A stretch of 64,000 nt of DNA. Origin: Eledone cirrhosa. Taxonomy: Eukaryota. A model generated the notes under the pieces. It saw only the letters and a program-made list of their open reading frames with translations, did not search any database and was not told the origin of the DNA. The position numbers were made by a program, and so were the translations under genes. The DNA is taken from assembly GCA_964016885.1 (NCBI GenBank), contig CAXHJY010000769.1, positions 124,001 through 188,000 on the forward strand. Reading direction: 5' to 3'. This document shows positions 1 to 12,147 of this stretch, one piece after another (the stretch's first letter is position 1; each line of letters begins with the position of its first letter).

Positions 1-167
1 TACAGTAAGGATTTTCTTTTCACTACAACAACCCTTTTCTCTATCACAACTATAAAAGAAACCTGATATTAAAATGTCTATTTTCAATAATCTAGTATTT
101 CCTCATAACTCTGAAGGAGTGTATGTGATAAGTATTGTCAAGATGATAATCAAAAACCACCAAATAC

Positions 168-1970
168 CATCATCATCATCATCATCGTTTAACGTCCATC
201 TTCCATGCTTGCATGGGTTTGGACGGAAATTTTCCCACTTAAGGCAAGATTGGTTGTCTTGCTCGTATAGGACTGTCTGGCGGGTTTTCTACGGCTGGAT
301 GCCCTTCCTAACACCAACCACGTTTACAGTGTGGACTGGAAGGTTTTTACCGTGTTACCTACATGGCCACATTACAGCGTGGACTGTGAGTTTTTTGTCG
401 TGACACCAACATGACCTTATTTATTTAGGACTGGATGTTGTGGTACCAACATAACTTTACATCGAAAGGGGTGGTGTGGATGGGGTGGGGGTAGTGGGAC
501 GGGGTGTATTTTTGTTAAGAGGTGCCTACTGACTGTAGGTTTCGCTTTGTACTTAGGCAAGGCGGGTCTTCTGTATTACTGCGTAGCGCCAAAGATCTCG
601 GTCCAGTGACATTGTCTTGGGGAGGTGTATGTGTGTGAGGTCGGAATTTATCAAGTCGTCCCAGGTTTTTCTGGGTCTGCCTACTCCGTGGCTACCGTTT
701 ATTTTTATCGCCCTGCACTTTTTTATATAGCTGTCGTCTTTCATGCGCATCACGTGACCGTACCAACGTAGCCTTCTCTCGAGTAAACAACATCTGATCC
801 CTCTTATTCCTAATTTCTCCCTTAGTTCATTTATGCTTTGCCGTTCACGTATATTACTATTACACATCCAGCGGAGCATGCAAGCTTCGTTCCTTTCCAG
901 TCTACACAGGTCCTCTGCACGTAATGCCCAAGTCTCACTGCCATGTAACATTGCTGTTCGTATGCAGGCATCATACAGTCTGCCTTTCATTTTTAGAGAG
1001 AAACCTTTAGCGGCCAATAGTGGTATAAGCTCTCTGAACTTTTTCCATCCCGTTCTGACTCTAGCTACTGTACTTTCAGAGCACCCTCCACCACTGCTGA
1101 TTTTGTCACCCAGGTAACGGAAGCTGTCCACTATTTCTATAGAACCATCTGTGCAATGGAATGAGTTAGTATTCTGTGGGCACTTGCTGCTACTTATTGC
1201 ACCAGAGCACCGGCCACATATAAAATCTATATTCTTAGTTAGCTTACCTGTGATCCCACTACATCTTTTATGCACCCATACTTTGCATTTGGGACATAAA
1301 ATGGAGTTTCTGCCTACTCCTTTCCTACACACTGAGAATGGCCATTTCCCAGATGGGACAAGTGCCCTATTTTCCTTCCTACAAACTAGAACTTTAGTCT
1401 TAGACAGGTTAATTTTAAGGCCTTTTGATTCTAGGCCACGCCTCTTCTCTAGTGCAGCCATTGATTCAGCTATGAGCGTTAGATCATCTGCATATAGGAG
1501 TTCCCATGGGCAGCCGGTCTTGAACTCCTCTGTTATAGCCTGAAGGGCAATAATAAATAGGAGGGGGCTAAGGACGGAGCCCTGATGAACACCAACTTTT
1601 ACGCTAAACTCTTCACTATATTCGTTGTTAATTCTAATCTTGTTGACTGTTTCTTTATACATGGCTTGTATAGCTCTCATAAGCCATTCATCAACACCTA
1701 GTTTTCTGAGAGCCCACCAGATAATGGAGCGGAGGACTCTGTCAAAGGCTTCCTCCAAGTCAACAAAAGCTAAGTATAGGAGCTTACTTTTAGCTAGGTA
1801 CTTCTCCTGTAGTTGTCGTACAATGAAAAGAGCGTCTGTGGCACTTTTACCTGACACAAACCCGAACTGCATTTCATCTAGATCAATTCGCTCTCTGATT
1901 AATTGCGCTATTACTTTTTCTGTGACCTTCATGACCTGTCAACCAATTTAATGCCTCTATAGTTTCCCCT
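168..1970 (-). mobile_element. 5'-truncated RTE-clade LINE (RT with PHD insert, C-terminal domain, 3'UTR, (TGA)n tail)
   Basis: ORF 553-1932 has [50 protein letters not shown] and GRPRKTW motifs; the tail reads catcatcat at 168-186 on the + strand. Confidence 0.95.
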
Positions 1971-2072
1971 ACTTGTGTATATGTCACACTTCCATGTTGC
2001 ATACATTTACATTTTGAAATGAAGTTCTGTAGATTTAGTAGATAAGTTGCATGCTGGGGTTTTATATCACAT

Positions 2073-2666
2073 TTGTATACGTGTTTGTATATGTTTACTC
2101 ACACACGGATCCGACTATCAACTGAGTTCATTGTGAAGATCGCTCTGCCGAGGAGAAGAACAGGCAGTTTTATCTGCCTTGCGGCCATGGCGAAAGAGGT
2201 TGTGTGGTGGACATATTTGAAAGGGTTGAAGGCAGCCATTTTCCTCTTTGGCAAAGCCCTAATTAACTTTTTCAGATTTCACTTGAAGAGGAAAATCAGG
2301 GTGGAGAGGGAAGTGTTACCTTCCAACCAGGTTGTTGAAAGGTGGGTGAGAGTGGCAAGCATGGTCCGTGTGAATGGGCCTGCTTTGAACATACACCTGT
2401 AGAATGGAGTAGAAAAACTGGGAGAGGGCATTTTCCCTAGTGGACAGTGTGACTGTGGCTTTTATGGGATTTCTTAGAGTCTCCTCACCTTTGGGGAAAT
2501 TGTTATAAATGTTTTAAATGTCTATTTTCTTAGTCCCTTTTATACATTTTATTTTACACAATGAAAATCCTTTAATGTTTCCTTAATGTGATAGTCTTGT
2601 ATAGTCTTTAATGTTTTCTTAATGTGAGCCCTGTGTGGCTAATAAAAAATTATTATTATTATTATT
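2073..2666 (+). mobile_element. Tx1/L1-clade LINE 3' fragment
   Basis: Homologous to 5050-5590 (LSTEFIVKI..AMAKEVVWWT..FHLKRKIRVEREVL); ends with aataaa plus (tta)n. Confidence 0.75.
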
Positions 2667-2689
2667 AAAAGGTGAAAGATTTATCCGTT

Positions 2690-5595
2690 CGGAGTCATGG
2701 ATAGCATAAGTTGTCCACAATTTCAAACAGTTAAAAACACAGACCACAAATTTGTGACCTGTAGTAGATCTAGATTGGCTCCATAGGCAAGGACCCGGTT
2801 ACTGGAAGCTAAATGCCTCATTCCCAATGCGTAAAGCCTACAGAGATGGGATTAGTGAATTAGTTAAGCGGGCATTGACAGGGGCAATCATCAACAAGTG
2901 GTGGTATGCCCTGAAAAGAGTAATTAAAGTAGAATCAATAAGATTCAGCAAAGCTGTAACAATAGAGAAAACTAGAGTAGAGAGGGAACTAGTGAAAAAA
3001 CTAGAAGAGGCAATTAGCAAAGGCATTGCAACGGATGTTCTTGCGGCGAGATTGGCCTTAGACCAATTCTTCAATGCTAAGCACGAAGGCTGCTTGGTCA
3101 GAGCTAAGGTGTGTGCTCTTAGACATGAGGGGACAAAAGCTGTTCAATGGGTCCGCGTGGCAGAGGCGCAACAAAGCCATAATTCAATCTCTGGAACACC
3201 ATGACAGGCGCATGACACTTGATCCCAAGCAGATGTGTGCAACTTTTCAGAAACACTTTGCCCAACTGTTCGGGAGCGGTAGTGGGCCGGACTGAGAGAT
3301 GGGCTTCACAAACTACCCCGAGGACCTGCCGTGACTGTCGGTGAGAGAATCAGAATGTTGCGAAAGCCAATAACAGTCGTTGAGAAACAGGAAGCATTAG
3401 GTGACTGCATGAGGGGCAAATTGCCTGAATTGGATGGTCTGCCCTATGAGTTTTATGTTTATATGTCAGGCTTGTTTGGTGATCTCTTGGCAGACGTCTA
3501 CTGTAACTGGCAGCAGAATGGGAGAATTCCCAGTTCTGTGAGCCATGGTATGGTGGCACAGCCGAGATAATTTTAGGCCCATAACTCTGCTAAATACAGA
3601 GTTCAAAATTCTGAACTCCATCTCATGTGATACATCATAGAGAGGGTGGCTAAAGAACCTGACACTGATCAACTTGGATCAATCCAAAGCGTTCGATAGG
3701 GTCATTCATCAGTACATGGTGGTGGTCTTCAAAGCAGCAGACTTTTCAGAGGATGGATAGCTGCTATGCATAGTGACATCTGCTCTGTGTGGTCAGATTG
3801 AATGATCACCTCTTGGAACTGTTCAACACTGTGCGTTTGGTCTGTTCTCATCCTTGTTGTATGTATTGATTCTCGAGCCACTACTACACAAATTAGAGAC
3901 ATTGAGGGGCATTCCACGTGAACTAGGACATGAAAGATCTGTGTTGGCTTATGTCAACGATGCCACAGTTGTAGTATCGAACACCAAACATTAGGGTGAT
4001 CGGCATTGCTCTGAAGGAATACGAAGCGTTGAGAGGAGGGAAAATCAACCAGGAAAAATCCATGGGCCTACAACTCAGCACATGGAGGAGCAGGTGCATG
4101 CTGTCTAAGTGTCATCAGATGCTGGATGGATGGGCCGGTTAAATTACTTGGGGTCTGGTTTTCTTGATGTAAACTCTTTGTGGTTAATAAAAAAAATCAT
4201 TATTATTATTACTATTACCTCCAGATGAACAGAAATTGGGATGAAGTGACGAACAAAGTGGCCAATCTCACCTAGAAATGAGCCAAGAGAAAACTGCCCC
4301 TGAAAGGTAGGGCAGAGGTGGTGAACACATTTATCACGTTCGGCATCTACTACCGCTTGACCTTAGTGCCTTGTCCCAACCCCGTCTGACTGCGCTGGAG
4401 TGTTTGCTCTTTCAATTCTTGAGGAAAGGACGTGTTCTGATGGTCAGGCGGTCTATCTGCTGTCAACAGCCCCTGGAGGACTGGAAATGCCGCGGCTGAT
4501 GATGTGCAGACATACGCTGAGGCTACTATATCTCTATCTCTTTCTTAATGGTGGGTGAATAGGTGTGGTCGCTGTTCACCAGATGCATGTTCCTCCAGCT
4601 TGTATCTTTAAGGAGCTACAGTCCTGGATCAAGTGGAGACCGAGGGAGAGCGTTTGGAAACTGAATGTTTCCAGGTGCTTACAGCGCTTCAACAATCGGG
4701 CATAATAATCGGAGGAAACACTACCTTGGTGTACTATAGAGTGTTAGTGGCAGATAAAAGTGACGATGTTCTTAGGGAAACTCTAGACATCAACCAAAAT
4801 CAACTAACCACTCTATTCGGAAAGACTTTCGGTCCAGGCCCCATGGATAATTTCCAGAAATCCCTGGCATAGCAGTGCTGCTGAGGAGCTTTGCCAGTTC
4901 AAGATAAACTCTACAAACATGGAAGTGCCATCAGCCGAGCCTGTCTGAGATGTGTACAGGACGACGAAACCATCCTGCATGTAACCGTTCAGTGTCCGGG
5001 TATTGCTGACTTGTCGGTTTATGTCGAACACCTGTTACATGTAGGACAAATTTAGTTATCAACCGAGTCCATTGTGAAGATTGTCCTGCTGTTTTCTTTT
5101 AGTTAAGAAGGGCAGGCCATTTTTATATGCCATGTGGCCATGGCGAAAGAAGTTGTATGGTGGACACGCTTAAGAGGTTTGAAGACGAGCATTTTCCTCT
5201 TTGGAGAAGCCCTGAATAAGTCTTCAGTTTCCACTTGAGGAGGAAAATAAGAGTAGAGAGAGAAGTGCTGTCTTCAAAGCAATTAGCTGAAAGGTGGGTG
5301 GGAGAAGTGAGCATGGTTCAAGTGTAAGCTTGTAGATTGGAAGAGTACAACTGGGACAGAACACTTGCCCTAAAGATCAGAACATCCGCAAACGTCCCCT
5401 CCTTATTGAGGAACCTTCGCTGTTTTAATTTTATCATTTTTTTTTTAACAATGTTAAAATTTGTTTACATCAAAACCCATACATACACTGTTTTCGTCTT
5501 GTGCTGTCAAAATATTTTTCTTGATGTAAACTCTTTGTGGTTAATAAAAGAAAATCATTATTATTATTACTATTACTATTATAATTATTATTATT
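2690..5595 (+). mobile_element. Degraded Tx1/L1-clade LINE ORF2 (endonuclease end, RT, zf-RVT) with 3' tail
   Basis: Frame-broken motifs TDHK, GPGYWKLNAS, ELDGLPYEFY, FRPITLLNTEFKIL, LDQSKAFDRV, KLLGVW, CLRC..ETILH..QC; aataaa plus (tta)n tail at ~5543-5595. Confidence 0.85.
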
Positions 5596-6940
5596 TCAAA
5601 TTATTAATTACCAAGGCTCTTCATCATATATCTAAAACCTGTCTTCTGATAGTCTTACTTCATTTTATCTGTTAGAATTCAGTTGTTTACTATCATCATC
5701 ATCATTTATCATTCATTTTCCATGAAAGCAAGGGATGGATGGATTGATGCATTTTATTGCAGCACCAGCACTAGAGAGTTTGTCATGTTCTTTGACACAA
5801 CTGAAGAGTCCTATCTACCATTTGTGCGGCAAGCTTTCTACAGCTGGATGCCCTTCCTATCACCAACTAGTTTCAGATGTGGACACAATAAAATACACTC
5901 AGCAGACTCTGAAACCTGGTCTGAATGCATGATGGGTTGAAGCTAAAAGTACCCAACGGTCATATGGTTGGGTTAAACTGGGCAATGGATTGAGACTAAC
6001 AGCCATACATATCACAGTGGGATTTGAACTCAGAATGCAAACAATTCCATGAATCCACCACCCTGGACTAGTACTATATATTTTATCAACCCCAAAAAGA
6101 TGAAAGTCAAAGTTGACCATGGTGGAATTTGACTGCCGATACAACTGAATCCACTATTGCTAATCCCCTATATCACCTCCCATTACATCATACTTGCCCT
6201 GAAATAATTTGCCAAAGACCATAAAAAAATTTAATAAAATAATGACTGCCCCTTTCTACCAATATTTTAGTTCCAATCACACACCAAAATGTTAAAGTCT
6301 TTCTCAAGCCTAGGCTCATCAGACAAGAGCTTAACCATTATTTCATGTGAATAGAACTGAGAGTACAACAAATGACACTAGGTCCATCTATCACTGCTGC
6401 TACTGACACTCTTTTTTCAGTTGAGTGAACTGGAGCAACATGAAATGAAGTGCCTTGCTTAAGGACACAGCATGCCATCCAATCATGAGACCCAAACCCT
6501 AGCCAGTAGGTCGCATATCTTCATTCATTAACCAACAACAATTAAATTGAATAACCACACTATTTTGATAAATAAAAAAACGCAAGAAATTTCTGAAAAT
6601 GGATATAAATACACATTACATATAAACCCATTGAAATATTTTATAAATAAATGTGTTTTGTATTTATATTTATATGTATATGACTGGAATTTAGTGCAGT
6701 GCTTTTGAAATTAGAAAAAGACATTGCTACTTAGGTATATAAACATACTTTTCATACTCAGTCAAGCACTTTTTAATGTTTTCCATTTACCAAAGTTATA
6801 GTATCACAAATGTGTGTGTATGCATGCACGTTGTATAACTGACTAACTAGAATTTCTCTAAACATTACAGAAACTTTTTATTCAAATAGGCAAATGTGAA
6901 AAACTATTGTTTAACTCTTGATACCAGACTGGTGGATAGC

Positions 6941-8285
6941 GTACAGGTTGGTGTCTACCAGGGCTCTGTTCTTAGCCCTCTCCTGTTCATCATAGTCCTG
7001 CAGGCAATAACGGAGGAGTTTAAGACCGGATGCCCATGGGAACTCCTGTATGCAGATGACCTTGCACTTATAGCTGAATCTATGGTAGGACTAGAGAAGA
7101 AATTCCAAACTTGGAAGCAGGGACTAGAAAGAAAGGGTCTCAAAGTCAACCTGAGAAAGACCAAGGTCCTTGTAAGTAGACGAGAAAACAGAACCCAGAT
7201 CCCCTCAGGGAAATGGCCTTTCTCAGTATGTAGGAAAGGTGTAGGTAGGAACTCCATTCTCTGCCCCAAATGCAAACAATGGGTACACAAAAGATGTAGC
7301 AGGATCTCAGAAACCTTAACTAAGAATGTAGGCTTCACATGTAGCAGCTGTGCTGGGACAGCAAGCAGCAAACAGCCACAGGAAACAAGTACCACCAAAC
7401 TCTGGGAGGGCTCTGTAGAAACAGTAGACAGCTTCTGCTACCTAGGTGACCGAATTAGCAGCGGAGGTGGGTGTTCGTAAAGTACAATAACTAGGGTAAG
7501 AACGGGATGGAAGAAGTTCAGGGAGCTACTGCCACTGCTAGCTGCAAAAGGCTTCTCCCTCAAAATGAAAGGCAGACTGTATGATGCGTGAATACGTACA
7601 GCAATGTTACATGGTAGTGAGACCTGGGTGCTGTCTGTGGAAGACTTGCGTAGATTAGAAAGAAACGAAGCCTGCATGCTCCGATGGATGTGTAATAGTA
7701 ATATACGCGAACGGCAAAGCATAAATTAATTATGAGAGAGACTGAGCATAAGAAAAATCAAATGCTGTGTGCAGGAGAGGAGGTTGCATTGGTACGGACA
7801 TGTGATGCGTATGAAGGATGACAGCTGCATAAAAAGGTGCAGAGCAGTAGAAGTCGATGGAAACCGCGGAGTGGGGAGACCCAAGAAGACCTGGGATGAA
7901 GTGGTAAAAGCCGACCTTACGCAATTACACCTCTCAAAGGCGATGATACACGACCGTGACCTCTGGCGTCACGCAGTAATACAGAGTACCCGACCTCCCA
8001 TGGGTACAAGCCGAAGCTGCAGCATATAGACAATATGCCTCCACACCCTCCCACTGCAAAAAGCACCCAGCCCACACTGTAAAGTGGACGTGTAGGCGCC
8101 ACGGAAAAAAGCACCCAGCACTCACTGTAAGTGAGGTTGGTGTTAGGAAGGGCATCCAGCTGTAGAAATCAGTGTTAGTTCCCGTATGAGCAAGACAAGG
8201 TCAGCCGACTGGACATTACCCACAAATAGACAACCCGTCTAACCCATGCTAGCGTGGAAGAACGGACATAAAACGGTGATGATGA
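6941..8285 (+). mobile_element. 5'-truncated RTE LINE, second subfamily with PHD insert
   Basis: GVYQGSVLSP..LLYADD..Cys/His cluster..FCYLG..RLHWYGHV with in-frame stops; 3'UTR ends aaacggtgatgatga. Confidence 0.92.
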
Positions 8286-8753
8286 CTGTCTGGAACTGCT
8301 CTAGGCTCTATGATACAAAGCTGTTTGTTTTAAAGTGATTATATTTTTTTAAATTTCAATTATAATTTTATATAAGAACCTTTGTTGTTATGCTCCAAAC
8401 CCCAGCTTAACAGTGATAAAATTAATTATACTAAATTCCTCCAAATTTTTTATTATTTTCAAAATTAATTGACAATCATAGGCAATCTCTTTCATTAGAA
8501 ATATAGTAATGAAAGGGATAAACGGTTTATATTTATCTAAAAAAAACTTCCAGCATAATTTTATGTAAGTATATTTGTTAAGCTATATTCCAAACACCAG
8601 GTTAATAATGAGAAAGCTAGTCATGTTATCAAATCTCTCAAAATTCTTGATTATTTTCCAAATTAATCAGAAATCATAGACAAACTCCATTAGAAATATG
8701 GTTACAAAAAAATGTTAATAATCAACCTTCTACAAAAACTGAATAGCGTGGAA

Positions 8754-8855
8754 TGGTAGGATAGAAGAAAAATAGTTAAGAAACTAAATCTAATATTATA
8801 TAAAGGTAGGATAGAAGAAAAAGGGTTAAGAAACTAAATCTAATATTATATAAAG
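8754..8855. repeat. ~50-bp tandem duplication
   Basis: ggtaggatagaagaaaaa..gttaagaaactaaatctaatattatataaa occurs twice in tandem. Confidence 0.85.
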
Positions 8856-9056
8856 GGATGAATTGTTGATCTTCCAAAAATAATATAGAAATTAGCTATT
8901 AAATTGTTAGAGAGAATACAAGAAGACAATAAATATATGTATATACACGTTTAAATTTGGTTAACCAAGACGTAATATGAGAAAAGCACCCAATGTTATG
9001 CAACTCACCCATCTTCGATGTTGAATCATGTTGGTGGTACGGGAACAACGAAAATG

Positions 9057-9428
9057 TATTGTAAAGTGAAAAAACAGGAGGCCAAATATGTTGAATTTCC
9101 TTAATTTTTTTTTTATTTCTGCAAATACTATGCACATTTCAGTGGCCAGGTTGCATAAGAACCTGGTGACCTCATCAGGTGTAAATTGCATAATAGTTGT
9201 ATACCAATGGAATGACGGTTAAACTTTAAGGAATCAAGCACAGAAAAAAACAGAGAGGAAAAAGTGTGTTTATGTTTTTGACCCAGAGACGGCTGAAGTA
9301 GCATGCTGCCACCTTGGTCCCCCATCTCAGAGAGGGGTTCATGCAACCTGGCCACTGACATGTGCATAGTGTTTGCAGAAATAAACAATTAAGGAAATTC
9401 AACATATTTGGCCTCCTGTCGTTTCACT

Positions 9429-9436
<8 letters not shown>
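9057..9436. mobile_element. MITE-like element with ~105-bp terminal inverted repeats
   Basis: tattgtaaagtgaaa..caggaggccaaatatgttgaatttccttaatt..cagtggccaggttgcat (9057-9163) is the inverse of 9337-9436. Confidence 0.75.
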
Positions 9437-9465
<29 letters not shown>

Positions 9466-9749
9466 GTGTAAGTTGCACCTCCATTTTACATACATTTACA
9501 GTGTACTATATATTTTGAAGTGAGGTTTTGTAAATTTAGTAGATAAATCACATTTTATCAAATTGTATTTTCTTGAAAAAAGATGTAAATCACACGCAAG
9601 TATAGACAGCATAATTACAGATATAAATTTAAAGAAATTAATTAGAAAAAGAAAAAAACAAAAAAACAAAAGAAAAAACCCCAATAAAAATCTAAGAGCA
9701 AAATAATGAAAAGACCCCCCCCCCCAAAAAAAAAAGAAAAACAACATAC

Positions 9750-9902
9750 TTTTGGAGGGTTAAATGGATATGTCTCAGGAATTTTAATTTCTAGTTGGAA
9801 TTTACCACCTTCATAGGGTGTTTCTGGAGGCCCAGCAATTTCACCTTTTAATTCATCAAATTTATCATTTACTAATTCCACTTTGATAAGACATTTTTCA
9901 AC
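9750..9902 (-). CDS. UBE2K: Internal coding exon (153 nt, phase 0/0) of ubiquitin-conjugating enzyme E2 K
   Basis: Encodes [51 protein letters not shown], matching UBE2K/HIP2 ([35 protein letters not shown]); acceptor ttttttttctttgcAG and donor GTatgt. Confidence 0.95.
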
Positions 9903-10257
9903 CTGCAAAGAAAAAAAATATATATTACAGCCATTGTAGTTGAAAACCACATCTGCTAAGGCATTTACAGATTGATATAGATAATTATATACAATTGTGT
10001 GTGTGGGAGGGTAAACCAGCATTCAAATCCCTTATGGTTATCTCCTAACCTGTTAGAAATAGCAGTCAGATTGGTTAGAATACTCAGGATGTTTTTCTAC
10101 TTTGATGTTATAAAATTATTTCAATAAACCTTTCTGGGTATATCCTTATTCGTTTGGTGTACTTTCTTTTCGCTTGTCAGTTTTCGTTTTTGTGTGATAT
10201 GTGATGCCTGAAAACACCAACCAACAAACATCTCATTTTTTTATATTATATATAAAC

Positions 10258-10415
10258 ATAGTGGTGGATTAGCAGTATCGGTAGAGCATCAGACACCATG
10301 CTTTGCAACATTGAGTTATGGTCCTTTATGTTCTGAGTTCAAATCCCACCGAGCTTAACTTTGCCTTTCATCCTCATGGGGTCGATAAAATAAAGTACCA
10401 GTAATGCACTAGGAT
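10258..10415 (+). mobile_element. tRNA-derived SINE with Meta-type central domain
   Basis: A/B-box-like head (tagcag..ggtagagc; gagttcaaatccc) followed by gcctttcatcct..ggggtcgataaaataaagtaccag; related copies at 6075-6140, 17283-17420 and 20572-20750. Confidence 0.75.
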
Positions 10416-11229
10416 AATTGTAGAAACAATTATTATACTATATATTTCTTATACAGTTTCCAATCATTGGGTTGCAGCAATGTTACACCACTGCTTTTCA
10501 GGGATTAAGTCAATTAACATAAACAAAGGCTCTAAAGATTCTGCTATCTTCTGTCAATATGTATTTGTGTGTTTGCATATGCAAGCAAGGTTGGGTAGTT
10601 AAGTAGTTTACACCATAATTTTGTAGTTTGGGGTTCAATCACACTGCTTGGCACCTTGAGTTGACCAGTCATATGAGTTAAATTTGTAAGCAGAAACTGA
10701 ATGAAAGCCAGCCAGAGTGACTGATTTAGCTCCAATCAATAAATTCACAGCATTTTTAACAGAAGCCAACCAAGCATGGTGATCAGACATCCAACAAGGA
10801 TATTGTCAGCCAGCCCCGATTCCAATGGCAGACACCTTGACCTTAAAGTCCACTCTGTTACAAGCATTCAGACAAGGTCGCCAGTTGAGGATCCTTTCCT
10901 CTCTCCTTCCTATCAGTCTTGGAAGTACTGAGAAGAGTCATGGATAAACAGTAATACAATACAATATTTGCAGCACCATCAACATGTATTCACTTATATA
11001 CCAAGTTATTTGTTTAAATATTGTATTGTATTAAATGAATGAAGTGCATTGCTTTACATCATTCTAAGAAGCTATCATCATCAACAGATTTACATCCATT
11101 TTCCCATGATTTTTAGGGCTAAAATCTACAACTTGATGTCTTTCCAATGCCAATGTGTGTGCATGTGTGTAAACAAATTATTAAAATTGGTATAATATAA
11201 GTAGTTAAGACTTTTATTTAATGTGTTAT

Positions 11230-12147
11230 AAATGGTGCTAAGTCAAAACCATTCAATGTGGGTGTCGGACTCTACCAAGGGTGCATATTGTCACCTCTCC
11301 TGTTCATAATCTTCATGGACAAGATTGACACGAGCAGCTGGGTTGGAAGTGGTATCAGAACTGGCAGGTGTAGGCTCAGTTGGCCAGAATTTGTGAATTA
11401 CATGGTATTACTTAACTTGTCAAAAGGTGATCTCTGACATACACCCTATAGGTTTGCAGCTGAGTGCTGCACAGTAGAAATGAATATGAGACTCATCTTC
11501 ATAAGGAAGCCTGCACAGTGCATTCTACATGGGAATGGAGTTACACTGAAGCAGGTAGAGAAGTTCAAGTATCTTGGGGCTATGTCCATGAGTGATGTAA
11601 GACAAGACGCTGAATGAAGTGCAAGAATTGCAGGAGCTGGTGCAGTAATGCGACTGCTACAGCATTCAGTCATCAGGGAAATAGCTGTAAAAGCCTAATT
11701 CATTATCTTCAATTTGGTATTTATGCCGAACCTTACCTATGGTCATGAATCATGGGCAATGACCAAAAGAATACGATTGCAAATACAAGTGGCCAACATG
11801 GGGTTCCTCTGAAAGGATTTTGGAGTAACGTTACTCGATAGAGTGTGTAGCTTGGAGATCAGAGAGTTGTTACTTCTCTGATTCAAGATCAGAGCTCAGA
11901 TATTATGAACATGAGGTTAAAATGTCTCAGGAAAGAATCACTGCACAGATTTTACGGGCAAAACGAACTGGCAGAAGATCCAGAGCAAGATGACTAGATA
12001 ACATCCATGATCTTCGCTGGTTTCACTTGGGGATCCAACCAGATGAAATGAAGATGGTTGCTACTGATAGGACCTGCTGGAAGGTATGCTTGAGAACTCT
12101 TCCTTCTTCCATGGCCCTCACAGGAATAAGTGGGTGAAGAAGAAGAT
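11230..12147 (+). mobile_element. Degraded RTE-clade (Rex3/Expander-like) LINE 3' half, no PHD insert
   Basis: SKPFNVGVGLYQGCILSPLLFIIFMDKI, LKQVEKFKYLG, PNLTYGHESWAMTKR; (gaa)n end. Confidence 0.8.

Noticed and set aside
1151-1543. Recurrent antisense ORFs (MKELVFCGHLLLL...) opposite the RTE copies
   Set aside because: They are shadow ORFs that recur only because the element is repeated
9642-10022. 126-aa ORF as a complete gene
   Set aside because: Only 9750-9902 is exonic; the flanks are intronic read-through
10258-10350. tRNA-like A/B boxes
   Set aside because: They are SINE heads; no complete cloverleaf is present
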